Origin: Bugula neritina
Taxonomy: Eukaryota > Animalia > Bryozoa
Direction: 5' to 3'
Length of the DNA: 64,000 bases
NCBI GenBank assembly: GCA_964035545.1
Contig: OZ037767.1
Span: 20,352,628 to 20,416,627, forward strand
The translations under genes were made by a program, and so were the position numbers. Below are positions 1 to 12,371 of the stretch, piece by piece. Position 1 is the first letter of the stretch. Every line of letters starts with the position of its first letter. The notes below the pieces were generated by a model, which was not told the origin of the DNA, ran no database searches, and was given only the letters and a program-made list of their open reading frames with translations.

Positions 1-18
1 ATAACTTGTATTTTTTAG

Positions 19-3000
19 TGGTTTCTGTGATGACTCATGGCTGTTAGACTCCAGCGCTTTTGACTCACAAGATGTGGACATGGAAACAGAGGACCTTTCT
101 GTAAGTACCTGCTCTACCTGTACTGTTACCTGCTCTGCCTGTACCATTACCTGCTCTACCTGTACTATTACCTGCTCTGCCTGTACTATTACCTGCTCTG
201 CCTGTACTATTACCTGCTCTACTTCTCACAACCTGGTGTCTTCTTACAAGTGTAAACTGGTAGCTTGTAATAGCTCTCACTGCAGACAATATGATATAAA
301 CAATTAAAATATAAATCTCTGCTAATATAATAGTTTTTTAGGCGAATAATTATTTTACCTGCTACCTTCTAATTATAAAGTAGTGAATAATTCACAATCT
401 AAATCTAAATTAGGTAACTCTCTGAATAATGTTAGGTAAACTGTCAGTAGACTCAGTGGTAAGTGCTGGACAAAAACTGAAAATCCAAGTCCCTTCACCC
501 ATCAGTAGCCTAGTAGACTAGTTTCACCATCTACTTTCCTTGCTGCCCACCATTTCACGGGATAACTGGGTGTGAAGCTACAGTCATTAGTGACTTCAAG
601 TCACCATTTTTCATTATCAACAGTTTAAGCTGCCCTTGGGCATTTTTCTGGTCCTGCAATAAGTTATTTAATCGTGTTGAGGGCTTTTGTTGATGAAAGG
701 CTGGCCAGTTGGCTTGTTGATGCTATGAATGTCCTCTGAATACCCTCACAGTTAAGATAAGGCTTGGCAACGATTTTGTTTGTCAAGGTAACAACGGGTT
801 GGGTTTTTGAATTGAAGATAATTGCTGATGCAGCTAAGTGTATTGTTACCATGACGAATATCCAAACATTCCCCTACTGGTAATTGGTTGGATAAGGAAA
901 CCTTAGCTACAGTTATTTCAATTTATTTGTTAGTCTAAACAAAAGCTGAGTAAACAGCAATGTTTACATTAAACTGATGAAATGGGCGAGTATTGAGGGC
1001 CACGACTGCTTTGAATGTCATGAAGTCACACAAATACCTGTTGCTGTGTCAATAAGGCAGATCCAGCAACTTACTGTATGGATTTGTATAGCATAAACTC
1101 TGCTAATTGGCAAAAATCCGACGTTAAACACTTTAAAATGCTGCCTAATGAGTTGCCAAACTCACATTCGAAGCTGTCAAGTCAACTAATATGCTGTCAG
1201 TTTCTCTCATCAACAACCACCTGCCACTCTAGTGTTTAGAGCATTTAGCTCCAATTCTCACTCACTTTCATTCTCCGAGTTTCCAAACCTGATTCATAGC
1301 ATTATTTTAAAAACTTTGCTTAACCTATTGTTGTGTACAGCATTGTTGATCAGCTGTTGCTGACTCTCTCTCTCTCTTGCTGCCTATAGCTTGACCTCAA
1401 CGACATGTCCACCAACCGGTACAAGGAGGAGTTCTGTGAGGAGTCGCTGATAGGCTCTGGGGAGTTTGGTAACGTCTACAAGTGCGTCAACAAGCTAGAC
1501 GGCTGCGTCTACGCCATCAAGAGGTCCCGAGAGCCCATCACTGGCAAGGCTGTGGCGTAAGTCTGTATAATATAGCACTAGAAGTTGTCTTTCCCCATAA
1601 AGCTGTTTATATAAGATAAGTAGTTCCCTTCTCTAGAGATCAAAGTGTTCCTTGTAGGAGAGTGTCTAGGAATGAGGTGTACGCAGAGGCAGTGCTGGGT
1701 AAACACCCGCACGTGGTGAGGTATCACTCCGCCTGGGCTGAGGGCGGACATCTCTTCATACAGAATGAGTTCTGTAACGGCGGGAGTCTGGCGGAGGAAA
1801 TAGCGACACACCAGAGGCGAGGCACTCGGTTCACGGAGGTGGAGTTGAAGGAAGTGCTGAGACAGGTGGCTTACGGGCTGAAGTATGTGCACTGTCTGCT
1901 GCTAGCACACCTGGACATCAAACCAGGTGAGTGAGTGTACTATTACTAGTACTAGTAGTACTAGTACTACTGCTACTACTAGTAGTAGTAGTAGTTTAGT
2001 AACTACCACTACTATACAAGTAGTTGTAGTCTTCCATTAGGGTATCACTTGATGCTTTGTTGTGATAGATTCTGTAACGTGTATTGCTATTATCTTGTCT
2101 ATGTCAGACAAAGCAGGCCCTTTGTTAGCAGGTGTCCTGGAATATAATTTGATTATGTAACAAGTTTTATTCAAGTAACTGCTCTGTCTATTTATTCTGT
2201 CAACACTATCACATGTCCAGCTGTTTTCTCTCCCTCCTCACCACTCTAAGCAAATAGACTTTCTCAAAATCCTGCTAAATCAGTTTTAATTAGCATTTAA
2301 AATAATATTTAAGTGTTATCATTCTAATCTCCTGCTGGGATGCTGCCTTAACCTGACTACACAAACAGTGTATTACATATTACACATTACGTATATTACA
2401 TTATATATTAGGCTACACACTAAGTATACTACATTATATATTACACAGTGTGCTGTTGGTTGCAGGTAACATTTTCATTCAGTACAATCAGATGCTCACC
2501 CAGTCACCAGAGTCTGGAATTGAAGAAGACATCAACGAGGGAAGTGAAGAAGACGAACTTACAGATCAAGTGACCTATAAAATAGGTGAGGCAGCGTCTC
2601 ACGTCTCTTCTGTCGGCCAAACTGTCACATCTCTCTCTGTCACATCACCTGCTCTCTGTCACATCACTTGCTCTCATTGTCACATCACCTCTCTCTCTGT
2701 CACATCTCTCTGTCACACCACCTTCTCTCTCTGTCACATCACCTGCTCTCGCTGTCACACCACCTTCTCTCTGTCACATCACCTGCTCTCTCTGTCATAT
2801 CTCTCTGTCCCACCACCTTTTCTCTCTGTCACATCTCTGTCGCATCACCTCTCTCTGTCACACCACCTGCTCTCTCTTGTTACATTACCTTCTCTCTCTT
2901 GTTACATCTCTCTCTGTCACACCACCTTCTCTCTCCGTCACATCACCTGCTCTCTGTCACATTACCTCCTCTCTCTTGTTACATTACCATTAACTGACTG

Positions 3001-6000
3001 TATTGCTATGATTTTTAAGGTGATTTCGGGCACGTTACTCAGATATTTGCCCCTCAAGACATGGAGGAGGGTGACTGCAGGTACCTGCCCAAGGAGATCC
3101 TTGGAGATGATCACAGTCACCTCTGCAAGGCTGACATATTCGCCCTCGGCCTCACCATCTACCAGTGTGTAAGTTATCTCACCATATACCAGTGTGTAAG
3201 TTCTCTCACCATCTACCAGTGTGTAAGTTATCTCACCATATACCAATGTGTAAGTTCTCTCACCATATACCAGTGTGTAAGTTCTCTCACCATATACCAG
3301 TGTGTAAGTTCTCTCACCATATACCAGTGTGTAAGTTCTCTCACCATCTACCAGTGTGTAAGTTCCCTCACCATCTACCAGTGTGTAAGTTATCTTACCA
3401 TCTACCAGTGTGTAAGTTATCTCACCATATACCAGTGTGTAAGTTATCTCACCATATACCAGTGTGTAAGTTCTCTCACCATCTACCAGTGTGTAAGTTA
3501 TCTCACCATATACCAATGTGTAAGTTCTCTCACCATATACCAGTGTGTAAGTTCTCTCACCATATACCAGTGTGTAAGTTATCTCACCATCTACCAGTGT
3601 GTAAGTTCTCTCACCATCTACCAGTGTGTAAGTTCTCTCACCATCTACCAGTGTGTAAGTTCTCTCACCATATACCAGTGTGTAAGTTATCTCACCATCT
3701 ACCAGTGTGTAAGTTCTCTCACCATCTACCAGTGTGTAAGTTCTCTCACCATCTACCAGTGTGTAAGTTCTCTCACCATATACCAGTGTGTAAGTTCTCT
3801 CACCATCTACCAGTGTGTAAGTTCTCTCACCATCTACCAGTGTGTAAGTTATCTCACCATATACCAGTGTGTAAGTTCTCTCACCATCTACCAGTGTGTA
3901 AGTTATCTCACCATATACCAATGTGTAAGTTCTCTCACCATATACCAGTGTGTAAGTTCTCTCACCATATACCAGTGTGTAAGTTCTCTCACCATATACC
4001 AGTGTGTAAGTTCTCTCACCATCTACCAGTGTGTAAGTTCCCTCACCATCTACCAGTGTGTAAGTTATCTTACCATCTACCAGTGTGTAAGTTATCTCAC
4101 CATATACCAGTGTGTAAGTTATCTCACCATATACCAGTGTGTAAGTTCTCTCACCATCTACCAGTGTGTAAGTTATCTCACCATATACCAATGTGTAAGT
4201 TCTCTCACCATATACCAGTGTGTAAGTTCTCTCACCATATACCAGTGTGTAAGTTATCTCACCATCTACCAGTGTGTAAGTTCTCTCACCATCTACCAGT
4301 GTGTAAGTTCTCTCACCATCTACCAGTGTGTAAGTTCTCTCACCATATACCAGTGTGTAAGTTATCTCACCATCTACCAGTGTGTAAGTTCTCTCACCAT
4401 CTACCAGTGTGTAAGTTCTCTCACCATCTACCAGTGTGTAAGTTCTCTCACCATATACCAGTGTGTAAGTTCTCTCACCATATACCAGTGTGTAAGTTCT
4501 CTCACCATCTACCAGTGTGTAAGTTCCCTCACCATATACCAGTGTGTAAGTTCTCTCACCATCTACCAGTGTGTAAGTTCCCTCACCATCTACCAGTGTG
4601 TAAGTTCCCTCACCATCTACCAGTGTGTAAGTTCTCTCACCATCTACCAGTGTGTAAGTTCTCTCACCATCTACCAGTGTGTAAGTTCTCTCACCATCTA
4701 CCAGTGTGTAAGTTATCTCACCATATACCAGTGTGTAAGTTCTCTCACCATCTACCAGTGTGTAAGTTCTCTCACCATCTACCAGTGTGTAAGTTCCCTC
4801 ACCATCTACCAGTGTGTAAGTTCCCTCACCATCTACCAGTGTGTAAGTTCTCTCACCATCTACCAGTGTGTAAGTTCTCTCACCATCTACCAGTGTGTAA
4901 GTTCTCTCACCATCTACCAGTGTGTAAGTTATCTCACCATATACCAGTGTGTAAGTTCTCTCACCATCTACCAGTGTGTAAGTTCTCTCACCATCTACCA
5001 GTGTGTAAGTTATCTCACCATATACCAGTGTGTAAGTTCTCTCACCATCTACCAGTGTGTAAGTTATCTCACCATATACCAGTGTGTAAGTTCTCTCACC
5101 ATCTACCAGTGTGTAAGTTCTCTCACCATCTACCAGTGTGTAAGTTATCTCACCATATACCAGTGTGTAAGTTCTCTCACCATCTACCAGTGTGTAAGTT
5201 ATCTCACCATATACCAGTGTGTAAGTTCTCTCACCATCTACCAGTGTGTAAGTTCTCTCACCATCTACCAGTGTGTAAGTTCCCTCACCATCTACCAGTG
5301 TGTAAGTTCCCTCACCATCTACCAGTGTGTAAGTTCTCTCACCATCTACCAGTGTGTAAGTTCTCTCACCATCTACCAGTGTGTAAGTTCTCTCACCATC
5401 TACCAGTGTGTAAGTTATCTCACCATATACCAGTGTGTAAGTTCTCTCACCATCTACCAGTGTGTAAGTTCTCTCACCATCTACCAGTGTGTAAGTTCCC
5501 TCACCATCTACCAGTGTGTAAGTTCCCTCACCATCTACCAGTGTGTAAGTTCTCTCACCATCTACCAGTGTGTAAGTTCTCTCACCATCTACCAGTGTGT
5601 AAGTTCTCTCACCATCTACCAGTGTGTAAGTTATCTCACCATATACCAGTGTGTAAGTTCTCTCACCATCTACCAGTGTGTAAGTTCTCTCACCATCTAC
5701 CAGTGTGTAAGTTCTCTCACCATCTACCAGTGTGTAAGTTCTCTCACCATCTACCAGTGTGTAAGTTCTCTCACCATCTACCAGTGTGTAAGTTATCTCA
5801 CCATATACCAGTGTGTAAGTTCTCTCACCATCTACCAGTGTGTAAGTTCTCTCACCATCTACCAGTGTGTAAGTTCCCTCACCATCTACCAGTGTGTAAG
5901 TTCCCTCACCATCTACCAGTGTGTAAGTTCTCTCACCATCTACCAGTGTGTAAGTTCCCTCACCATCTACCAGTGTGTAAGTTCCCTCACCATCTACCAG

Positions 6001-6733
6001 TGTGTAAGTTCTCTCACTGTATTTACTCCCTCCTTTGTAGACGGTGTATTCCTGCCTGTTCAGGCTGTAACTGTGTGTTTGTGTTGTTTCAGGCAACTCT
6101 GCTGGAACTACCAAAGAACGGCGCCGAGTGGCACAAGATAAGGTCTGGCAACCTGCCGTACATGAAAGGCTACTCCGTGACCTTCAACAACCTCGTCAAG
6201 GTTGGTCTTCTATATATGTGTGTACTCTGTGTATAGCCTGTGTACTCTGTGTATAGCCTGTGTACTCTGTGTATAGCCTGTGTACTCTGTGTATAGCCTG
6301 TGTACTCTATGTATAGTCTGTGAACTCTATGTATAGCCTGTGTACTCTGTATCTAGAGCATGGTACACCCAGATCCTGCCACCAGACCAACTGCTGCTCT
6401 CATCTCTTCACACCCACAACTCTGTCCTGAACATCTACGGAGTCGTCTAGAGTTAGCGAGAGCCCTTCACGAGGAGCGAGTTAAGAATCAGAGGCTATCT
6501 GAGTGAGTAGATGTGATAGTATTCGTATTATTAGTGTAGTTGAAGTTGAAAATAACATGTTCCCCGGTGGCTATGCTGTGATACAATAACTCCTCGTTTC
6601 CTGTAGACAACTGAAAGCAGTGACGGAGAATGCAGAGCAACGGATCTTCAATGGCATCTCCCGGCCGACCACCCGAGCCAGCCGTCTCATTGGACTGCAA
6701 GTCAACCGCAGCAAAAGTCTCACCAACTTCTAA
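19..6733 (+). CDS. WEE1: Wee1 kinase, 3' part (5' exons lie upstream of the window). Exons 19-100, 1390-1556, 1658-1926, 2466-2585, 3020-3168, 6093-6200, 6357-6502, 6607-6733
   Basis: All introns are GT-AG with consistent phases. The spliced product has Wee1 signatures: [111 protein letters not shown], a coiled-coil tail and C-terminal [15 protein letters not shown]. Confidence 0.96.
106..221 (+). repeat. 21-bp minisatellite (tacctgctctgcctgtactat), about 5.5 copies, abutting a Wee1 donor site
   Basis: Visible tandem unit starting inside GTAAGTACCT at 101; explains ORFs 65-289 and 74-307. Confidence 0.9.
2622..2990 (+). repeat. Degenerate pyrimidine-rich minisatellite (ctgtcacatcacctgctctct-like) in a Wee1 intron
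   Basis: Recurring tgtcac/ctctct units; explains the SHHLLS-type ORFs. Confidence 0.85.
3151..6017 (+). repeat. 27-bp minisatellite, 106 copies (CTCACCATMTACCARTGT GTAAGT TMY), built from the Wee1 exon/intron junction
   Basis: GTAAGT recurs every 27 nt from 3169 to 6004; the first copy is the real exon end (LTIYQC|gtaagt). Confidence 0.98.
6217..6356 (+). repeat. 20-bp minisatellite (cctgtgtactctgtgtatag), about 7 copies, whose last copy is the Wee1 acceptor
   Basis: AG ends at 6236, 6256, 6276, 6296, 6316, 6336 and 6356. Confidence 0.92.
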
Positions 6734-7261
6734 TTGGGACTCTCCGCTCTTTTCTTTTTATACAAGACTCTACATGCAATATACGGAAGTGCAATTCATG
6801 TTTATATACTCTGTACATACTGAAAGCTGTTACATACTACAATACATAAAGTTTGTGTCACTTCTGTTCTACTCTGCACTCATGTATCATATTACTAAAC
6901 ACACTCTAAATTTTTTGGTTCTTTTTGATGCTATGCAATATTTACGTGTAAATTTTTCATTAATGTGCAATTTTCACTACTTCCACAATACTTCCAGCAG
7001 GAACCTAATTGGTTCAGAATTTCTTTTTAATTTCTAGCTTCTGTTTTATGAAATAATTTTTATAGTTTATGTATGCGGTTGCCGGACATTCCCACTGGTA
7101 TTAGCAAGCTCAGGCTGCATTGTATGCTGAAAATATATCTACGTAGAATTACTTTATACAGAGTGTGGTGTGTGGTCGAAATCTATATTCAATATAGACA
7201 TGCAACATTAGTATATTGTATGTAATTAAATTATTATCTCTTCCACCATTATGTTTGGGAA

Positions 7262-7267
7262 AATAAA
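7262..7267 (+). terminator. Probable Wee1 polyadenylation signal AATAAA
   Basis: First AATAAA seen after the stop at 6733, followed by T-rich sequence. Confidence 0.6.
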
Positions 7268-7512
7268 CTTTATAATACAGTGCCTTTTTCTAGAACAGCA
7301 ATGTCTTCTCTTTTTGTCCAATTAAAAGATCAAATTCTAATAACTTTGGAGAAGAAAATCTTCTGCCAAGTATTTAGAAAGCAGCCGATTTAATAGTCAA
7401 CGTAGATTGTGGCATCATAACACCAGGGTTCAAGTTTCAATTCATATTTCACAAGCCAATTGTCAAGTATAACATTGATATTACCTTACATGTATCAAGT
7501 GTGATCTCTTAG

Positions 7513-7591
7513 CAGGGTTGGCGTCAATTACATGTGAATGTAATTAATTACAATTCATGAAAATTTGTCAATTACAATGACCCCAACCCTG
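7513..7591. mobile_element. Tiny hAT-like MITE relic
   Basis: Terminal inverted repeats CAGGGTTGGcGTCA ... TGACCCCAACCCTG; no TSD seen. Confidence 0.5.
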
Positions 7592-8723
7592 TTGGGTAAA
7601 TCATCAAATCCCTCAACACTGTTTACATTAGAACCTGCCTGATTAAAAAAAGGTGATGAAATTATTGCCAATCAAGTATCACGATTCTAGAACAAGACTG
7701 TTCAACAGGCAGCCTACATTTATATGGCTCTCAAAAGCATAACAAATAAAATTGTTTTTCATAGTATACATGAAACACCACATTTTAAATGTCTTGCTTA
7801 TATACTTGCTACAAAACCTGCAGTCTGCAGTAATAATTATTGAGACTTCGTTGTGTAATGATTCATAGGAATTTGGAATAAAGTATTTTGAAAATTACTT
7901 ATGCTGTGGTCCCCAGCTCAAATTCTGGCCCTCACCACCTGAATATTCCCTTTCAGTGGCCCTCGGTCTGTAAAGGTTGAACACTCGGTTCTAGAATTTG
8001 CATCGGGAAAGCAATTCCCAGTTGACATATCAAGTAGTTGAAGGCCTCTCTGTTATCACTAACCATGGAGTAGGAGGTGGAAATGGGTTGAGACCCACTT
8101 GTAGACTTGATGAGGGCCATAAACACATCTGTAACAACACTATAGATACCCTATATCATACTAAAAGGGGTGTTAGTATATTTCACACAGTTTAATGACT
8201 GTTTCTAGTAGTGAAGGTAGGAATAAACTTATATAAAGTATTAAATTAATATTAAATCAGAACTTTAATGCATTAAGAGCATTATTTTTTACTTTTACCT
8301 ACATGCGCACTCGATTAATCTGTATTCGCGATATATTCAATATTGTAGATTGAGTAAGTATATTACATGGTTGTAAGTGCATGTATGTATCTACTATACT
8401 AAGTGCATGTATGTATCTATAACTGATTTATTGGTGAGTTTTCATATGTGTAAACTTGATTGTTTTTACCTTCACATCAAAGCTGCGGCAGTCACCGCTG
8501 CTAAGCCAATCAAGAATCAGCTTTCATCACTAACAACACTTGGAAATTGTCCCCAGAGGCATGACTTTGTATCACACAAAGACAGTAACTTGGTTTGGCT
8601 GAAATACAAAGTAATATTTTTATTACCAGCCAAAATGTTGTGTTCTGTTACAGGTAGTATAATGGAATAGCTACAAATTGGTATCAACTAGAATATCAAC
8701 ATAATCTCCATATATATCCCAGC

Positions 8724-11700
8724 ATGGCAGTGTATCATCTTCAGAATTATGCATCTTACCCTGTGGATCAGGTGTTTGTTCCAATAAGCCCGTCTCCCAT
8801 TGAAACCTACCTGCCAGCACCTGTTCAGCAGTGTCACTGTGATACGAGTCATCTCGTATTGCCACCTGCTCTCACTGTACTTGGCACCAGGGACATTCCA
8901 CTCACACCTACCAAAGTTTCCAACCCCATGTCTGAGAAACGTGTGGGGAAAATGTTGAGTTGTTACACCAAAAAGTATGTCAAATGCTCTTCCTTTCAAA
9001 ATTATATCACCACTAATGTTGAAAGTTTTACTTGTGACGAATTTTTAGCATTCTGAGTGGTGCTGTTACCGCCAACTGAGTTAACTTGTTAAAAAGCAAC
9101 ATTGGTGTTTGCACTTTTACTAGTTTTCTTGAGTTTTTAAGCAAGAAAAAATAATTAAGCCTTTACAGGAACATACATATCTAACTTCCCACTTTGACAA
9201 AATTCAGAATAATATATAGTAATTATAATAGTGTTAGTAATTAACACCCGATGTGGCATGCTCAGTATACTTTATAGCTTATTGCTATAGCTTTTGTTTA
9301 TACCTGTTTGTAAGACTAACAAGTAGTAATTGTGAATGGATTTGTTGCATCATTACATAAGTGATAGATAATTAATAAGCCTAAATAGAAAATTTCAAGT
9401 GCTATTATATAAAGTAAGTTGCAACAAAGTGTATGATTATTTACTTGTACTATGTGTGTATTTTACATAGACAGTCTAATCAGGTAAAGTAGTAGGTAAA
9501 TCAGCTTTCACAGTTTTTGTATTTTATTTTTTATTCTTTTGTTATTGCCATTATAACAAATATTTTTTGGTAAAGCTTAGTTCGGATTCAGACACTTCCA
9601 TAGAGAACACACCATGTCTTTCACTAATACTGTTTTCTAAAATTAGTAATACTCAAAATACTGTACATCCTTCATGCTCTAAAGTATTTAAATAATTAGA
9701 AGCATTTTTTCACAACTGGCATACTAGGTAAGTGATCAAGTAGTTAAGGAATTATTTATAAAATTTACTGCAAACTGGTGTAACTGGCTATTTTACTCGC
9801 TATATATATGTTTCGCAGAAGCACTCCAAGGTTTTAAGTATCTTCATGCTGTAGCATAAATATACTGCATATATATAAAGTAAATGTAGTATGGAGATTT
9901 ATATATATAAAGTATATTATATATGTCATAGTATGGAAATGATATGGCATGGAGAGTTCAACAGATTGTTCCAGAACTTCTGTCCTCACCGCTGGTATCT
10001 CAGCCCGGCATTTGAGAAACCAGATGCAAGGAAGTGGCTAATATACAAAGACAGCGCGAAAGTTCGGTTTCTCTGCAAGGTGAAGTCTACTGTCATAGTA
10101 TAGTTGCTTACAGTTTTACCACATTACGTGTAGATGGAACTTGAATTTGAAGAAAAAACTTGAATTTGACTCAGTAAATCTCAAGTTGAGTCTTGTGAAA
10201 GAATTAAATTTCAACTTGCGGTTTAGCTTTTATTATGTTTGAAGCACATGCAAACTAATATATATAAAATTAAATTTTCATTGTATAAGTTTTTATTATT
10301 AAACGAGAATAATAGTTACATTTTATTGCACATGTGTTGAATACCTACAGCACAATAGAGAACTTATCTACTTCATACTAATTTGTGAAAAGAGTATAAA
10401 CTTGGGCAAACCTTGAATCTGTATCACGCTTATTTGCTTTATTTTTGTGTTGTGTGACTTATTAAGGTTATTGCTTACTAACAAACTTACTTTTGTAAGT
10501 CAACTTAAAATAAAAAATGGCACAACAGAACTAGATGGCCAAAGCTATATGAGGCAATAATAGCTTTTTTCACCATCACAATACTTAGTTTTGTAGAGTT
10601 AGATACTTTGCTATACCTGTTTCCAAGTTTGCATTATTCAGGCTTCATATTATGCAATGAATTGTTCAATCGATGTTTACAAACAATTGCATCGAAAGAA
10701 ACCACAACCATAAGTTAATGCAAACTGCAACCACAAATCCAGCTGAGAAATGTATATTACAAGGCAAAAAAATTATTGTTTTGGATTAACTGATTCTGGG
10801 GTGTCATTTTCGTTAGCAATAACCAACTATTCCTAAACAAGATTGAAAATCTCTTAAAGCTTTGAATGTGCCCGTCTTGATTCCTGTTGTAAATAAATCC
10901 TTAAAGTGCTTACTTCTATAAACTTTAAAGGAACAGCAATGTACTATATATGGGGGAGACAACCCTCAACACAAACCACTCCACAAGAATATATTCTATG
11001 TAAAGTGTAATTGTTTGAAACAGATTTGTGCTCATGGCTGGACAAGCATGAAAGGGCGAGTTGTGTTCTGGTTTATGTTGGATGAAAAGGCTTCAACTGG
11101 AATTGTCATATTTCAGCTGTTTGGTCAAAAGTGTCAAGCTTGTTCACCTGCCCAGTTTGAACATGCCATGTGGTATCCAGAGGAGGTTGTGAAGGTGAGA
11201 GTTCTGTACTGAGTTAGTAACTATGGCAACTGAATATCAACAGCCAGTGAAACTCAAGTGATATTGGCTGGTGCAGGTCATACTTTCTATTGCATTTTAT
11301 AAACACAGGTTTGTTCAGAAAGAATTAATGATGTGGGTTCAGACATAGCTTGTAAGTGTTGCAAATTAATTTTCAATTAAAACATTGCTTATATTTAATA
11401 TATTGGCATATACTATCTATTACTATATTGCCTTTCTCACATTTGTATAACTACCTATATGGTTGTACCCTGATTTGTGACCATTTTGCAAGTGGCTGAG
11501 GTGCATTAGGAAATTTCAACTCACTTTGTCCTGAAAGACAACAATTATACTTGAAGTATAGAATATAGGCTATTTTATTTACAGTATAGAACATTATAGG
11601 TTATTGCGCAACATAGGCTTTTGTATTTGAAGATCAGCTTGGAGTATAAACTATTATACTAGAAGTGTGGAGCGTAAACTATTAATGTTCGTCCAAAGTC

Positions 11701-12371
11701 GGCGTGCTTCATCCTATAATGTTTTCACTTAAAAGCATTTTAGGTGGCTCCATGACATGTGTTAAGATGTTAAAGTTACAATATTTCACGGGGATGCAGA
11801 TTTCATACTACACGCTTAGGTTATGATAATATGGTGTGCAATATGTTGCAGGTAATTGGTAATTTATTCAATAGAATAGGCAAAGAGTACTACGGGTTCT
11901 ACAGTCCACCCGTAAGAGTGGATAGGAGAGAGGGTAAACCTCAGTCTAGACACAACATGGAGATGTGCCAGGCTTGCACTGAAGGTATTGCGCGTCATCA
12001 TTATGCAATGCAGTATTGCAATGTAACAGTTTAGGGATTGTCTAATCTTTGAGGGACATAAAAAAGCTGTGAATGCAAGTTGTATGTTACGCAGTAAATG
12101 GAGTATGATTCTGTATACACTTTAATAAGAGTTGAAACATTAAACTTTTTGATCAATGTGTTTCCTTTTAAATTTAGAAGATAATTTTTTACAATTGTCA
12201 ATGAAATGTTTCTGCAAACACTTACTGGTAATTCATTTCTTATGATCACTTAGTAGATGTTGCAGTATCGGGCTATTACTAATAATTCCACTGTAACAAT
12301 AGTTATGACTTGCAGGCGTATGTCCTCACTACCACATGCTTGATGGTCTACGCAAGGAAGTTGTTTACTAG
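8724..12371 (+). CDS. zf-3CxxC (RTP/ZAR1-type) zinc-finger protein, about 252 aa, no transmembrane tail. Exons 8724-8974, 9932-10079, 11024-11194, 11852-11984, 12316-12371
   Basis: Phase-consistent GT-AG introns. Motifs W..EF..LF, VRFLCKICAHGWTS, LFGQKCQAC and HNMEMCQACTEGVC fit the 3CxxC domain. AATAAA at 12630. Confidence 0.88.

Noticed and set aside
3151-6017. CRISPR array
   Set aside because: Head-to-tail repeats with no unique spacers, no cas genes, eukaryotic intron context.
2962-6236. Three ORFs over 1000 aa ([18 protein letters not shown] and CKFSHHLPV repeats) as stand-alone genes
   Set aside because: They follow from a stop-free 27-bp unit. Only the LTIYQC frame is tied to a real gene, and it is treated under the donor-array finding.
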